Below the pieces are notes generated by a model. It was not told where the DNA came from, searched no databases, and was given only the letters and a program-made list of their open reading frames with translations. 64,000 nt of DNA from Auanema rhodensis (taxonomy: Eukaryota; Animalia; Nematoda). The stretch is from contig OZ059895.1 of NCBI GenBank assembly GCA_964057225.1, forward strand, positions 1,426,001 through 1,490,000. The letters are read 5' to 3'. Positions 38,601-52,000 of this stretch are shown here, one piece after another; the stretch's first letter is position 1, and every line of letters begins with the position of its first letter. Made by a program: the position numbers and the translations under genes.

Positions 38601-40082
38601 TTGAGTGTACATGGAAACTCAACATACACTAATGCATCATTTTTCAAACGATTATAACTAATTTTTGTATCAAGCGTTTCTCAATGTAGTATAGTGCATT
38701 CGATGCGGATTTTTAAGCTGCGTCGATCTGTGTTATCAGATTTGCGCTAGCTTAAAAATGCACCGAGATATCAACTTTTATAAGTTCACACTTATATCCT
38801 CGATTTTCACCCTGAAGAATTAATTTTTTCGTTGAATAACATTGTCCATCGTCTTTGCCTTAAAAAATGAAATCTAAAAACATCTTTTTTTTGCTAAATT
38901 ATTTTGAAATTTTTCGAAAAAATTTTTGTCAAAATGTTTTTGGAAGCAATGTTGAGTGTACATGGAAACTCAACATACACTAATGCATCATTTTTCAAAC
39001 GATTATAACTAATTTTTGTATCAAGCGTTTCTCAATGTAGTATAGTGCATTCGATGCGGATTTTTAAGCTGCGTCGATCTGTGTTATCAGATTTGCGCTA
39101 GCTTAAAAATGCACCGAGATATCAACTTTTATAAGTTCACACTTATATCCTCGATTTTCACCCTGAAGAATTAATTTTTTCGTTGAATAACATTGTCCAT
39201 CGTCTTTGCCTTGAAAAATGAAATCTAAAAACATCTACTTTTTGCTAAATTATTTTGAAATTTTTCGAAAAAATTTTTGTCAAAATGTTTTTGGAAGCAA
39301 TGTTGAGTGTACATGGAAACTCAACATACACTAATGCATCATTTTTTAAACGATCATAACTAATTTTTGTATTGAGCGTTCTTCAATGTAGTATAGTGCA
39401 TTCGATGCGGATTTTCAAGCTGCGTCGATCTGTGTTATCAGATTTGCGCTAGCTTAAAAATGCACCGAGATATCAACTTTTATAAGTTCACACTTATATC
39501 CTCGATTTTCACCCTGAAGAATTAATTTTTTCGTTGAATAACATTGTCCATCGTCTTTGCCTTGAAAAATGAAATCTAAAAACATCTACTTTTTGCTAAA
39601 TTATTTTGAAATTTTTCGAAAAAATTTTTGTCAAAATGTTTTTGGAAGCAATGTTGAGTGTACATGGAAACTCAACATACACTAATGCATCATTTTTTAA
39701 ACGATCATAACTAATTTTTGTATTGAGCGTTCTTCAATGTAGTATAGTGCATTCGATGCGGATTTTCAAGCTGCGTCGATCTGTGTTATCAGATTTGCGC
39801 TAGCTTAAAAATGCACCGAGATATCAACTGATATAAGTTCACACATATATACCCGATTTTCACCCTGAAGAATTAATTTTTTCGTTGAATAACATTGTCC
39901 ATCGTCTTTGCCTTGAAAAAAGGAATCTAAAAACGTCTACTTTTTGCTAAATTATTTTGAAATTTTTCGAAAAAATTTTTGTCAAAATGTTTTTGGAAGC
40001 AATGTAGAGTGTACATGGAAACTCAACATACACTAATGCATCATTTTTCAAACGATCATAACTAATTTTTGTATCAATCGTT
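8648..40082 (+). repeat. 351-bp tandem satellite, block 2 (~89.5 monomers)
   Basis: Resumes in register after the TSD. Period 351, occasionally +/-1 from A-tract slippage. Confidence 0.99.
33100..38350 (+). repeat. 7-monomer (2457-bp) higher-order repeat, about 2 copies, with an internal 3-mer duplication (approximate limits)
   Basis: Variant GCGGCTTTTT at ~33444, 34497, 35901 and 36954. Variant CTACGTTTCGC at ~35377 and 37834. ORF-track offsets 33191>35648>38105 equal 2457. Confidence 0.88.
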
Positions 40083-43000
40083 AGTAGATGTTTTTAGATT
40101 CCTTTTTTCAAGGCAAAGACGATGGACAATGTTATTCAACGAAAAAATTATTTCTTCAGTGTGAAAATCGAGGATATAAGTGTGAACTTATATCAGTTGA
40201 TATCTCGGTGCATTTTTAAGCTAGCGCAAATCTGATAACACAGATCGACGCAGCTTAAAAATCCGGATCGAATGCACTATACTACATTAAGAAACGCTTG
40301 GTACAAAAATTAGTTATGATCGTTTGAAAAATGATGCATTAGTGTATGTTGAGTTTCCATGTACACTCAACATTGCTTCCAAAAACATTTTGACAAAAAT
40401 TTTTTCGAAAAATTTCAAAATAATTTAGCGAAAAGTAGATGTTTTAAGATTCCATTTTTCAAGGCAAAGACGATGGACAATGTTATTCAACGAAAAAATT
40501 AATTCTTCAGGGTGAAAATCGAGGATATAAGTGTGAACTTATATCAGTTGATATCTCGGTGCATTTTTAAGCTAGCGCAAATCTGATAACACAGATCGAC
40601 GCAGCTTAAAAATCCGGATCGAATGCACTATACTAAATTGAGAAACGCTTAATACAAAAATTAGTTATGATCGTTTGAAAAATGATGCATTAGTGTATGT
40701 TGAGTTTCCATGTACACTCAACATTGCTTCCAAAAACATTTTGACAAAAATTTTTTCGAAAAATTTCAAAATAATTTAGCAAAAAGTAGATGTTTTCAGA
40801 TTCCTTTTTTCAAGGCAAAGACGATGGACAATGTTATTCAACGAAAAAATTAATTCTTCAGGGTGAAAATCGAGGATATAAGTGTGAACTTATATCAGTT
40901 GATATCTCGGTGCATTTTTAAGCTAGCGCAAATCTGATAACACAGATCGACGCAGCTTAAAAATCCGCATCGAATGCACTATACTACATTGAGAAACGCT
41001 TAATACAAAAATTAGTTATGATCGTTTGAAAAATGATGCATTAGTGTATGTTGAGTTTCCATGTACACTCAACATTGCTTCCAAAAACATTTTGACAAAA
41101 AATTTTTCGAAAAATTTCAAAATAATTTAGCGAAAAGTAGATGTTTTTAGATCCCATTTTTCAAGGCAAAGACGATGGACAATGTTATTCAACGAAAAAA
41201 TTAATTCTTCAGGGTGAAAATCGAGGATATAAGTGTGAACTTATATCAGTTGATATCTCGGTGCATTTTTAAGCTAGCGCAAATCTGATAACACAGATCG
41301 ACGCAGCTTGAAAATCCGCATCGAATGCACTATACTACATTGAGAAACGCATAATACAAAAATTAGTTATGATCGTTTGAACAATGATGCATTAGTGTAT
41401 GTTGAGTTTCCATGTACACTCAACATTTCTTCCAAAAACCGTTTGACAAAAATTTTTTCGAAAAATTTCAAAATAATTTAGCAAAAAGTAAATGTTTTTA
41501 GATTCCTTTTTTCAAGGCAAAGACGATGGACAATGTTATTCAACGAAAAAATTAATTCTTCAGGGTGAAAATCGAGGATATAAGTAAGAACTTATATCAG
41601 TTGATATCTCGGTGCATTTTTAAGCTAGCGCAAATCTGATAACACAGATCGACGCAGCTTAAAAATCCGCATCGAATGCACTATACTACATTGAAAAACG
41701 CTTGATACAAAAATTAGTTATGATCGTTTGAAAAATGATGCATTAGTGTATGTTGAGTTTCCATGTACACTCAACATTGCTTCCAAAAACATTTTGACAA
41801 AAATTTTTTCGAAAAATTTCAAAATAATTTAGCGAAAAGTAGATGTTTTTAGATCCCATTTTTCAAGGCAAAGACGATGGACAATGTTATTCAACGAAAA
41901 AATTAATTCTTCAGGGTGAAAATCGAGGATATAAGTGTGAACTTATTGCAGTTGATATCTCGGTGCATTTTTAAGCTAGCGCAAATCTGATAACACAGAT
42001 CGACGCAGCTTAAAACTCCGCATCGAGTGCACTATACTACATTGAGAAACACTTGATACAAAAATGAGTTATGATCGTTTGAAAAATGATGCATTAGTGT
42101 ATGTTGAGTTTCCATGTACACTCAACATTGCTTCCAAAAACATTTTGACAAAAATTTTTTCGAAAAATTTCAAAATAATTTAGCAAAAAGTAGATGTTTT
42201 AAGATTCCATTTTTCAAGGCAAAGACGATGGACAATGTTATTCAACGAAAAAATTAATTCTTCAGGGTGAAAATCGAGGATATAAGTGTGTTGAGAAACG
42301 CGTGATACAAAAATTAGTTATGATCGTTTGAAAAATGATGCATTAGTGTATGTTGAGTTTCCATGTACACTCAACATTGCTTCCAAAAACATTTTGACAA
42401 AAATTTTTTCGAAAAATTTCAAAATAATTTAGCAAAAAGTAGATGTTTTTAGATTCCTTTTTTCAAGGCAAAGACGATGGACAATGTTATTCAACGAAAA
42501 AATTATTTCTTCAGGGTGAAAATCGAGGATATAAGTGTGAACTTATATCAGTTGATATCTCGGTGCATTTTTAAGCTAGCGCAAATCTGATAACACAGAT
42601 CGACGCAGCTTAAAAATCCGCATCGAATGCACTATACTACATTGAGAAACACTTGATACAAAAATTAGTTATGATCGTTTGAAAAATGATGCATTAGTGT
42701 ATGTTGAGTTTCCATGTACACTCAACATTGCTTCCAAAAACATTTTGACAAAAATTTTTTCGAAAAATTTCAAAATAATTTAGCAAAAAGTAGATGTTTT
42801 TAGATTCCTTTTTTCAAGGCAAAGACGATGGACAATGTTATTCAACGAAAAAATTATTTCTTCAGGGTGAAAATCGAGGATATAAGTGTGAACTTATATC
42901 AGTTGATATCTCGGTGCATTTTTAAGCTAGCGCAAATCTGATAACACAGATCGACGCAGCTTAAAACTCCGCATCGAATGCACTATACTACATTAAGAAA

Positions 43001-46000
43001 CGCTTGATACAAAAATTAGTTATGATCGTTTGAAAAATGATGCATTAGTGTATGTTGAGTTTCCATGTACACTCAACATTGCTTCCAAAAACATTTTGAC
43101 AAAAATTTTTTCGAAAAATTTCAAAATAATTTAGCGAAAAGTAGATGTTTTTAGATCCCATTTTTCAAGGCAAAGACGATGGACAATGTTATTCAACGAA
43201 AAAATTAATTCTTCAGGGTGAAAATCGAGGATATAAGTGTGAACTTATTGCAGTTGATATCTCGGTGCATTTTTAAGCTAGCGCAAATCTGATAACACAG
43301 ATCGACGCAGCTTAAAAATCCGCATCGAATGCACTATACTACATTGAGAAACACTTGATACAAAAATGAGTTATGATCGTTTGAAAAATGATGCATTAGT
43401 GTATGTTGAGTTTCCATGTACACTCAACATTGCTTCCAAAAACATTTTGACAAAAATTTTTTCGAAAAATTTCAAAATAATTTAGCAAAAAGTAGATGTT
43501 TTAAGATTCCATTTTTCAAGGCAAAGACGATGGACAATGTTATTCAACGAAAAAATTAATTCTTCAGGGTGAAAATCGAGGATATAAGTGTGTTGAGAAA
43601 CGCGTGATACAAAAATTAGTTATGATCGTTTGAAAAATGATGCATTAGTGTATGTTGAGTTTCCATGTACACTCAACATTGCTTCCAAAACATTTTGACA
43701 AAAATTTTTTCGAAAAATTTCAAAATAATTTAGCAAAAAGTAGATGTTTTTAGATTCCTTTTTTTCAAGGCAAAGACGATGGACAATGTTATTCAACGAA
43801 AAAATTATTTCTTCAGGGTGAAAATCGAGGATATAAGTGTGAACTTATATCAGTTGATATCTCGGTGCATTTTTAAGCTAGCGCAAATCTGATAACACAG
43901 ATCGACGCAGCTTAAAAATCCGCATCGAATGCACTATACTACATTGAGAAACACTTGATACAAAAATTAGTTATGATCGTTTGAAAAATGATGCATTAGT
44001 GTATGTTGAGTTTCCATGTACACTCAACATTGCTTCCAAAAACATTTTGACAAAAATTTTTTCGAAAAATTTCAAAATAATTTAGCAAAAAGTAGATGTT
44101 TTTAGATTCCTTTTTTCAAGGCAAAGACGATGGACAATGTTATTCAACGAAAAAATTATTTCTTCAGGGTGAAAATCGAGGATATAAGTGTGAACTTATA
44201 TCAGTTGATATCTCGGTGCATTTTTAAGCTAGCGCAAATCTGATAACACAGATCGACGCAGCTTAAAACTCCGCATCGAATGCACTATACTACATTAAGA
44301 AACGCTTGATACAAAAATTAGTTATGATCGTTTGAAAAATGATGCATTAGTGTATGTTGAGTTTCCATGTACACTCAACATTGCTTCCAAAAACATTTTG
44401 ACAAAAATTTTTTCGAAAAATTTCAAAATAATTTAGCAAAAAGTAGATGTTTTTAGATTCCATTTCTCAAGGCAAAGACGATAGACAATGTTATTCAACG
44501 AAAAAATTAATTCTTCAGGGTGAAAATCGAGGATATAAGTGTGAACTTATATCAGTTGATATCTCGGTGCATTTTTAAGCTAGCGCAAATCTGATAACAC
44601 AGATCGACGCAGCTTAAAAATCCGCATCGAATGCACTATACTACATTGAGAAACACTCGATACAAAAATTAGTTATGATCGTTTGAAAAATGATGCATTA
44701 GTGTATGTTGAGTTTCCATGTACACTCAACATTGCTTCCAAAAACATTTTGACAAAAATTTTTTCGAAAAATTTCAAAATAATTTAGCAAAAAGTAGATG
44801 TTTTAAGATTCCATTTTTCAAGGCAAAGACGATGGACAATGTTATTCAACGAAAAAAGTAATTCTTCAGGGTGAAAATCGAGGATATAAGTGTGTTGAGA
44901 AACGCGTGATACAAAAATTAGTTATGATCGTTTGAAAAATGATGCATTAGTGTATGTTGAGTTTCCATGTACACTCAACATTGCTTCCAAAAACATTTTG
45001 ACAAAAATTTTTTCGAAAAATTTCAAAATAATTTAGCAAAAAGTAGATGTTTTTAGATTCCATTTCTCAAGGCAAAGACGATGGACAATGTTATTCAACG
45101 AAAAAATTAATTCTTCAGGGTGAAAATCGAGGATATAAGTGTGTTGAGAAACGCGTGATACAAAAATTAGTTATGATCGTTTGAAAAATGATGCATTAGT
45201 GTATGTTGAGTTTCCATGTACACTCAACATTGCTTCCAAAAACATTTTGACAAAAATTTTTTCGAAAAATTTCAAAATAATTTAGCAAAAAGTAGATGTT
45301 TTTAGATTCCATTTCTCAAGGCAAAGACGATAGACAATGTTATTCAACGAAAAAATTAATTCTTCAGGGTGAAAATCGAGGATATAAGTGTGAACTTATA
45401 TCAGTTGATATCTCGGTGCATTTTTAAGCTAGCGCAAATCTGATAACACAGATCGACGCAGCTTAAAAATCCGCATCGAATGCACTATACTACATTAAGA
45501 AGCGCTTGGTACAAAAATTAGTTATGATCGTTTGAAAAATGATGCATTAGTGTATGTTGAGTTTCCATGTACACTCAACATTGCTTCCAAAAACATTTTG
45601 ACAAAAATTTTTTCGAAAAATTTCAAAATAATTTAGCGAAAAGTAGATGTTTTTAGATCCCATTTTTCAAGGCAAAGACGATGGACAATGTTATTCAACG
45701 AAAAAATTAATTCTTCAGGGTGAAAATCGAGGATATAAGTGTGAACTTATTGCAGTTGATATCTCGGTGCATTTTTAAGCTAGCGCAAATCTGATAACAC
45801 AGATCGACGCAGCTTAAAAATCCGCATCGAATGCACTATACTACATTGAGAAACACTTGATACAAAAATGAGTTATGATCGTTTGAAAAATGATGCATTA
45901 GTGTATGTTGAGTTTCCATGTACACTCAACATTGCTTCCAAAAACATTTTGACAAAAATTTTTTCGAAAAATTTCAAAATAATTTAGCAAAAAGTAGATG

Positions 46001-49000
46001 TTTTAAGATTCCATTTTTCAAGGCAAAGACGATGGACAATGTTATTCAACGAAAAAATTAATTCTTCAGGGTGAAAATCGAGGATATAAGTGTGTTGAGA
46101 AACGCGTGATACAAAAATTAGTTATGATCGTTTGAAAAATGATGCATTAGTGTATGTTGAGTTTCCATGTACACTCAACATTGCTTCCAAAAACATTTTG
46201 ACAAAAATTTTTTCGAAAAATTTCAAAATAATTTAGCAAAAAGTAGATGTTTTTAGATTCCTTTTTTTCAAGGCAAAGACGATGGACAATGTTATTCAAC
46301 GAAAAAATTATTTCTTCAGGGTGAAAATCGAGGATATAAGTGTGAACTTATATCAGTTGATATCTCGGTGCATTTTTAAGCTAGCGCAAATCTGATAACA
46401 CAGATCGACGCAGCTTAAAAATCCGCATCGAATGCACTATACTACATTGAGAAACACTTGATACAAAAATTAGTTATGATCGTTTGAAAAATGATGCATT
46501 AGTGTATGTTGAGTTTCCATGTACACTCAACATTGCTTCCAAAAACATTTTGACAAAAATTTTTTCGAAAAATTTCAAAATAATTTAGCAAAAAGTAGAT
46601 GTTTTTAGATTCCTTTTTTCAAGGCAAAGACGATGGACAATGTTATTCAACGAAAAAATTATTTCTTCAGGGTGAAAATCGAGGATATAAGTGTGAACTT
46701 ATATCAGTTGATATCTCGGTGCATTTTTAAGCTAGCGCAAATCTGATAACACAGATCGACGCAGCTTAAAACTCCGCATCGAATGCACTATACTACATTA
46801 AGAAACGCTTGATACAAAAATTAGTTATGATCGTTTGAAAAATGATGCATTAGTGTATGTTGAGTTTCCATGTACACTCAACATTGCTTCCAAAAACATT
46901 TTGACAAAAATTTTTTCGAAAAATTTCAAAATAATTTAGCAAAAAGTAGATGTTTTAAGATTCCATTTTTCAAGGCAAAGACGATGGACAATGTTATTCA
47001 ACGAAAAAATTAATTCTTCAGGGTGAAAATCGAGGATATAAGTGTGTTGAGAAACGCGTGATACAAAAATTAGTTATGATCGTTTGAAAAATGATGCATT
47101 AGTGTATGTTGAGTTTCCATGTACACTCAACATTGCTTCCAAAAACATTTTGACAAAAATTTTTTCGAAAAATTTCAAAATAATTTAGCAAAAAGTAGAT
47201 GTTTTTAGATTCCTTTTTTTCAAGGCAAAGACGATGGACAATGTTATTCAACGAAAAAATTATTTCTTCAGGGTGAAAATCGAGGATATAAGTGTGAACT
47301 TATATCAGTTGATATCTCGGTGCATTTTTAAGCTAGCGCAAATCTGATAACACAGATCGACGCAGCTTAAAAATCCGCATCGAATGCACTATACTACATT
47401 GAGAAACACTTGATACAAAAATTAGTTATGATCGTTTGAAAAATGATGCATTAGTGTATGTTGAGTTTCCATGTACACTCAACATTGCTTCCAAAAACAT
47501 TTTGACAAAAATTTTTTCGAAAAATTTCAAAATAATTTAGCAAAAAGTAGATGTTTTTAGATTCCTTTTTTCAAGGCAAAGACGATGGACAATGTTATTC
47601 AACGAAAAAATTATTTCTTCAGGGTGAAAATCGAGGATATAAGTGTGAACTTATATCAGTTGATATCTCGGTGCATTTTTAAGCTAGCGCAAATCTGATA
47701 ACACAGATCGACGCAGCTTAAAACTCCGCATCGAATGCACTATACTACATTAAGAAACGCTTGATACAAAAATTAGTTATGATCGTTTGAAAAATGATGC
47801 ATTAGTGTATGTTGAGTTTCCATGTACACTCAACATTGCTTCCAAAAACATTTTGACAAAAATTTTTTCGAAAAATTTCAAAATAATTTAGCAAAAAGTA
47901 GATGTTTTTAGATTCCATTTCTCAAGGCAAAGACGATAGACAATGTTATTCAACGAAAAAATTAATTCTTCAGGGTGAAAATCGAGGATATAAGTGTGAA
48001 CTTATATCAGTTGATATCTCGGTGCATTTTTAAGCTAGCGCAAATCTGATAACACAGATCGACGCAGCTTAAAAATCCGCATCGAATGCACTATACTACA
48101 TTGAGAAACACTCGATACAAAAATTAGTTATGATCGTTTGAAAAATGATGCATTAGTGTATGTTGAGTTTCCATGTACACTCAACATTGCTTCCAAAAAC
48201 ATTTTGACAAAAATTTTTTCGAAAAATTTCAAAATAATTTAGCAAAAAGTAGATGTTTTAAGATTCCATTTTTCAAGGCAAAGACGATGGACAATGTTAT
48301 TCAACGAAAAAATTAATTCTTCAGGGTGAAAATCGAGGATATAAGTGTGTTGAGAAACGCGTGATACAAAAATTAGTTATGATCGTTTGAAAAATGATGC
48401 ATTAGTGTATGTTGAGTTTCCATGTACACTCAACATTGCTTCCAAAAACATTTTGACAAAAATTTTTTCGAAAAATTTCAAAATAATTTAGCAAAAAGTA
48501 GATGTTTTTAGATTCCATTTCTCAAGGCAAAGACGATGGACAATGTTATTCAACGAAAAAATTAATTCTTCAGGGTGAAAATCGAGGATATAAGTGTGTT
48601 GAGAAACGCGTGATACAAAAATTAGTTATGATCGTTTGAAAAATGATGCATTAGTGTATGTTGAGTTTCCATGTACACTCAACATTGCTTCCAAAAACAT
48701 TTTGACAAAAATTTTTTCGAAAAATTTCAAAATAATTTAGCAAAAAGTAGATGTTTTTAGATTCCATTTCTCAAGGCAAAGACGATAGACAATGTTATTC
48801 AACGAAAAAATTAATTCTTCAGGGTGAAAATCGAGGATATAAGTGTGAACTTATATCAGTTGATATCTCGGTGCATTTTTAAGCTAGCGCAAATCTGATA
48901 ACACAGATCGACGCAGCTTAAAAATCCGCATCGAATGCACTATACTACATTGAGAAACACTTGATACAAAAATGAGTTATGATCGTTTGAAAAATGATGC

Positions 49001-52000
49001 ATTAGTGTATGTTGAGTTTCCATGTACACTCAACATTGCTTCCAAAAACATTTTGACAAAAATTTTTTCGAAAAATTTCAAAATAATTTAGCAAAAAGTA
49101 GATGTTTTAAGATTCCATTTTTCAAGGCAAAGACGATGGACAATGTTATTCAACGAAAAAATTAATTCTTCAGGGTGAAAATCGAGGATATAAGTGTGTT
49201 GAGAAACGCGTGATACAAAAATTAGTTATGATCGTTTGAAAAATGATGCATTAGTGTATGTTGAGTTTCCATGTACACTCAACATTGCTTCCAAAAACAT
49301 TTTGACAAAAATTTTTTCGAAAAATTTCAAAATAATTTAGCAAAAAGTAGATGTTTTTAGATTCCTTTTTTCAAGGCAAAGACGATGGACAATGTTATTC
49401 AACGAAAAAATTATTTCTTCAGGGTGAAAATCGAGGATATAAGTGTGAACTTATATCAGTTGATATCTCGGTGCATTTTTAAGCTAGCGCAAATCTGATA
49501 ACACAGATCGACGCAGCTTAAAAATCCGCATCGAATGCACTATACTACATTGAGAAACACTTGATACAAAAATTAGTTATGATCGTTTGAAAAATGATGC
49601 ATTAGTGTATGTTGAGTTTCCATGTACACTCAACATTGCTTCCAAAAACATTTTGACAAAAATTTTTTCGAAAAATTTCAAAATAATTTAGCAAAAAGTA
49701 GATGTTTTTAGATTCCTTTTTTCAAGGCAAAGACGATGGACAATGTTATTCAACGAAAAAATTATTTCTTCAGGGTGAAAATCGAGGATATAAGTGTGAA
49801 CTTATATCAGTTGATATCTCGGTGCATTTTTAAGCTAGCGCAAATCTGATAACACAGATCGACGCAGCTTAAAACTCCGCATCGAATGCACTATACTACA
49901 TTAAGAAACGCTTGATACAAAAATTAGTTATGATCGTTTGAAAAATGATGCATTAGTGTATGTTGAGTTTCCATGTACACTCAACATTGCTTCCAAAAAC
50001 ATTTTGACAAAAATTTTTTCGAAAAATTTCAAAATAATTTAGCAAAAAGTAGATGTTTTTAGATTCCATTTCTCAAGGCAAAGACGATAGACAATGTTAT
50101 TCAACGAAAAAATTAATTCTTCAGGGTGAAAATCGAGGATATAAGTGTGTTGAGAAACGCGTGATACAAAAATTAGTTATGATCGTTTGAAAAATGATGC
50201 ATTAGTGTATGTTGAGTTTCCATGTACACTCAACATTGCTTCCAAAAACATTTTGACAAAAATTTTTTCGAAAAATTTCAAAATAATTTAGCAAAAAGTA
50301 GATGTTTTTAGATTCCTTTTTTCAAGGCAAAGACGATGGACAATGTTATTCAACGAAAAAATTATTTCTTCAGGGTGAAAATCGAGGATATAAGTGTGAA
50401 CTTATATCAGTTGATATCTCGGTGCATTTTTAAGCTAGCGCAAATCTGATAACACAGATCGACGCAGCTTAAAACTCCGCATCGAATGCACTATACTACA
50501 TTAAGAAACGCTTGATACAAAAATTAGTTATGATCGTTTGAAAAATGATGCATTAGTGTATGTTGAGTTTCCATGTACACTCAACATTGCTTCCAAAAAC
50601 ATTTTGACAAAAATTTTTTCGAAAAATTTCAAAATAATTTAGCAAAAAGTAGATGTTTTTAGATTCCATTTCTCAAGGCAAAGACGATAGACAATGTTAT
50701 TCAACGAAAAAATTAATTCTTCAGGGTGAAAATCGAGGATATAAGTGTGTTGAGAAACGCGTGATACAAAAATTAGTTATGATCGTTTGAAAAATGATGC
50801 ATTAGTGTATGTTGAGTTTCCATGTACACTCAACATTGCTTCCAAAAACATTTTGACAAAAATTTTTTCGAAAAATTTCAAAATAATTTAGCAAAAAGTA
50901 GATGTTTTTAGATTCCTTTTTTCAAGGCAAAGACGATAGACAATGTTATTCAACGAAAAAATTAATTCTTCAGGGTGAAAATCGAGGATATAAGTGTGTT
51001 GAGAAACGCGTGATACAAAAATTAGTTATGATCGTTTGAAAAATGATGCATTAGTGTATGTTGAGTTTCCATGTACACTCAACATTGCTTCCAAAAACAT
51101 TTTGACAAAAATTTTTTCGAAAAATTTCAAAATAATTTAGCAAAAAGTAGATGTTTTTAGATTCCTTTTTTCAAGGCAAAGACGATGGACAATGTTATTC
51201 AACGAAAAAATTATTTCTTCAGGGTGAAAATCGAGGATATAAGTGTGAACTTATATCAGTTGATATCTCGGTGCATTTTTAAGCTAGCGCAAATCTGATA
51301 ACACAGATCGACGCAGCTTAAAACTCCGCATCGAATGCACTATACTACATTAAGAAACGCTTGATACAAAAATTAGTTATGATCGTTTGAAAAATGATGC
51401 ATTAGTGTATGTTGAGTTTCCATGTACACTCAACATTGCTTCCAAAAACATTTTGACAAAAATTTTTTCGAAAAATTTCAAAATAATTTAGCAAAAAGTA
51501 GATGTTTTTAGATTCCATTTCTCAAGGCAAAGACGATAGACAATGTTATTCAACGAAAAAATTAATTCTTCAGGGTGAAAATCGAGGATATAAGTGTGTT
51601 GAGAAACGCGTGATACAAAAATTAGTTATGATCGTTTGAAAAATGATGCATTAGTGTATGTTGAGTTTCCATGTACACTCAACATTGCTTCCAAAAACAT
51701 TTTGACAAAAATTTTTTCGAAAAATTTCAAAATAATTTAGCAAAAAGTAGATGTTTTTAGATTCCTTTTTTCAAGGCAAAGACGATGGACAATGTTATTC
51801 AACGAAAAAATTATTTCTTCAGGGTGAAAATCGAGGATATAAGTGTGAACTTATATCAGTTGATATCTCGGTGCATTTTTAAGCTAGCGCAAATCTGATA
51901 ACACAGATCGACGCAGCTTAAAACTCCGCATCGAATGCACTATACTACATTAAGAAACGCTTGATACAAAAATTAGTTATGATCGTTTGAAAAATGATGC

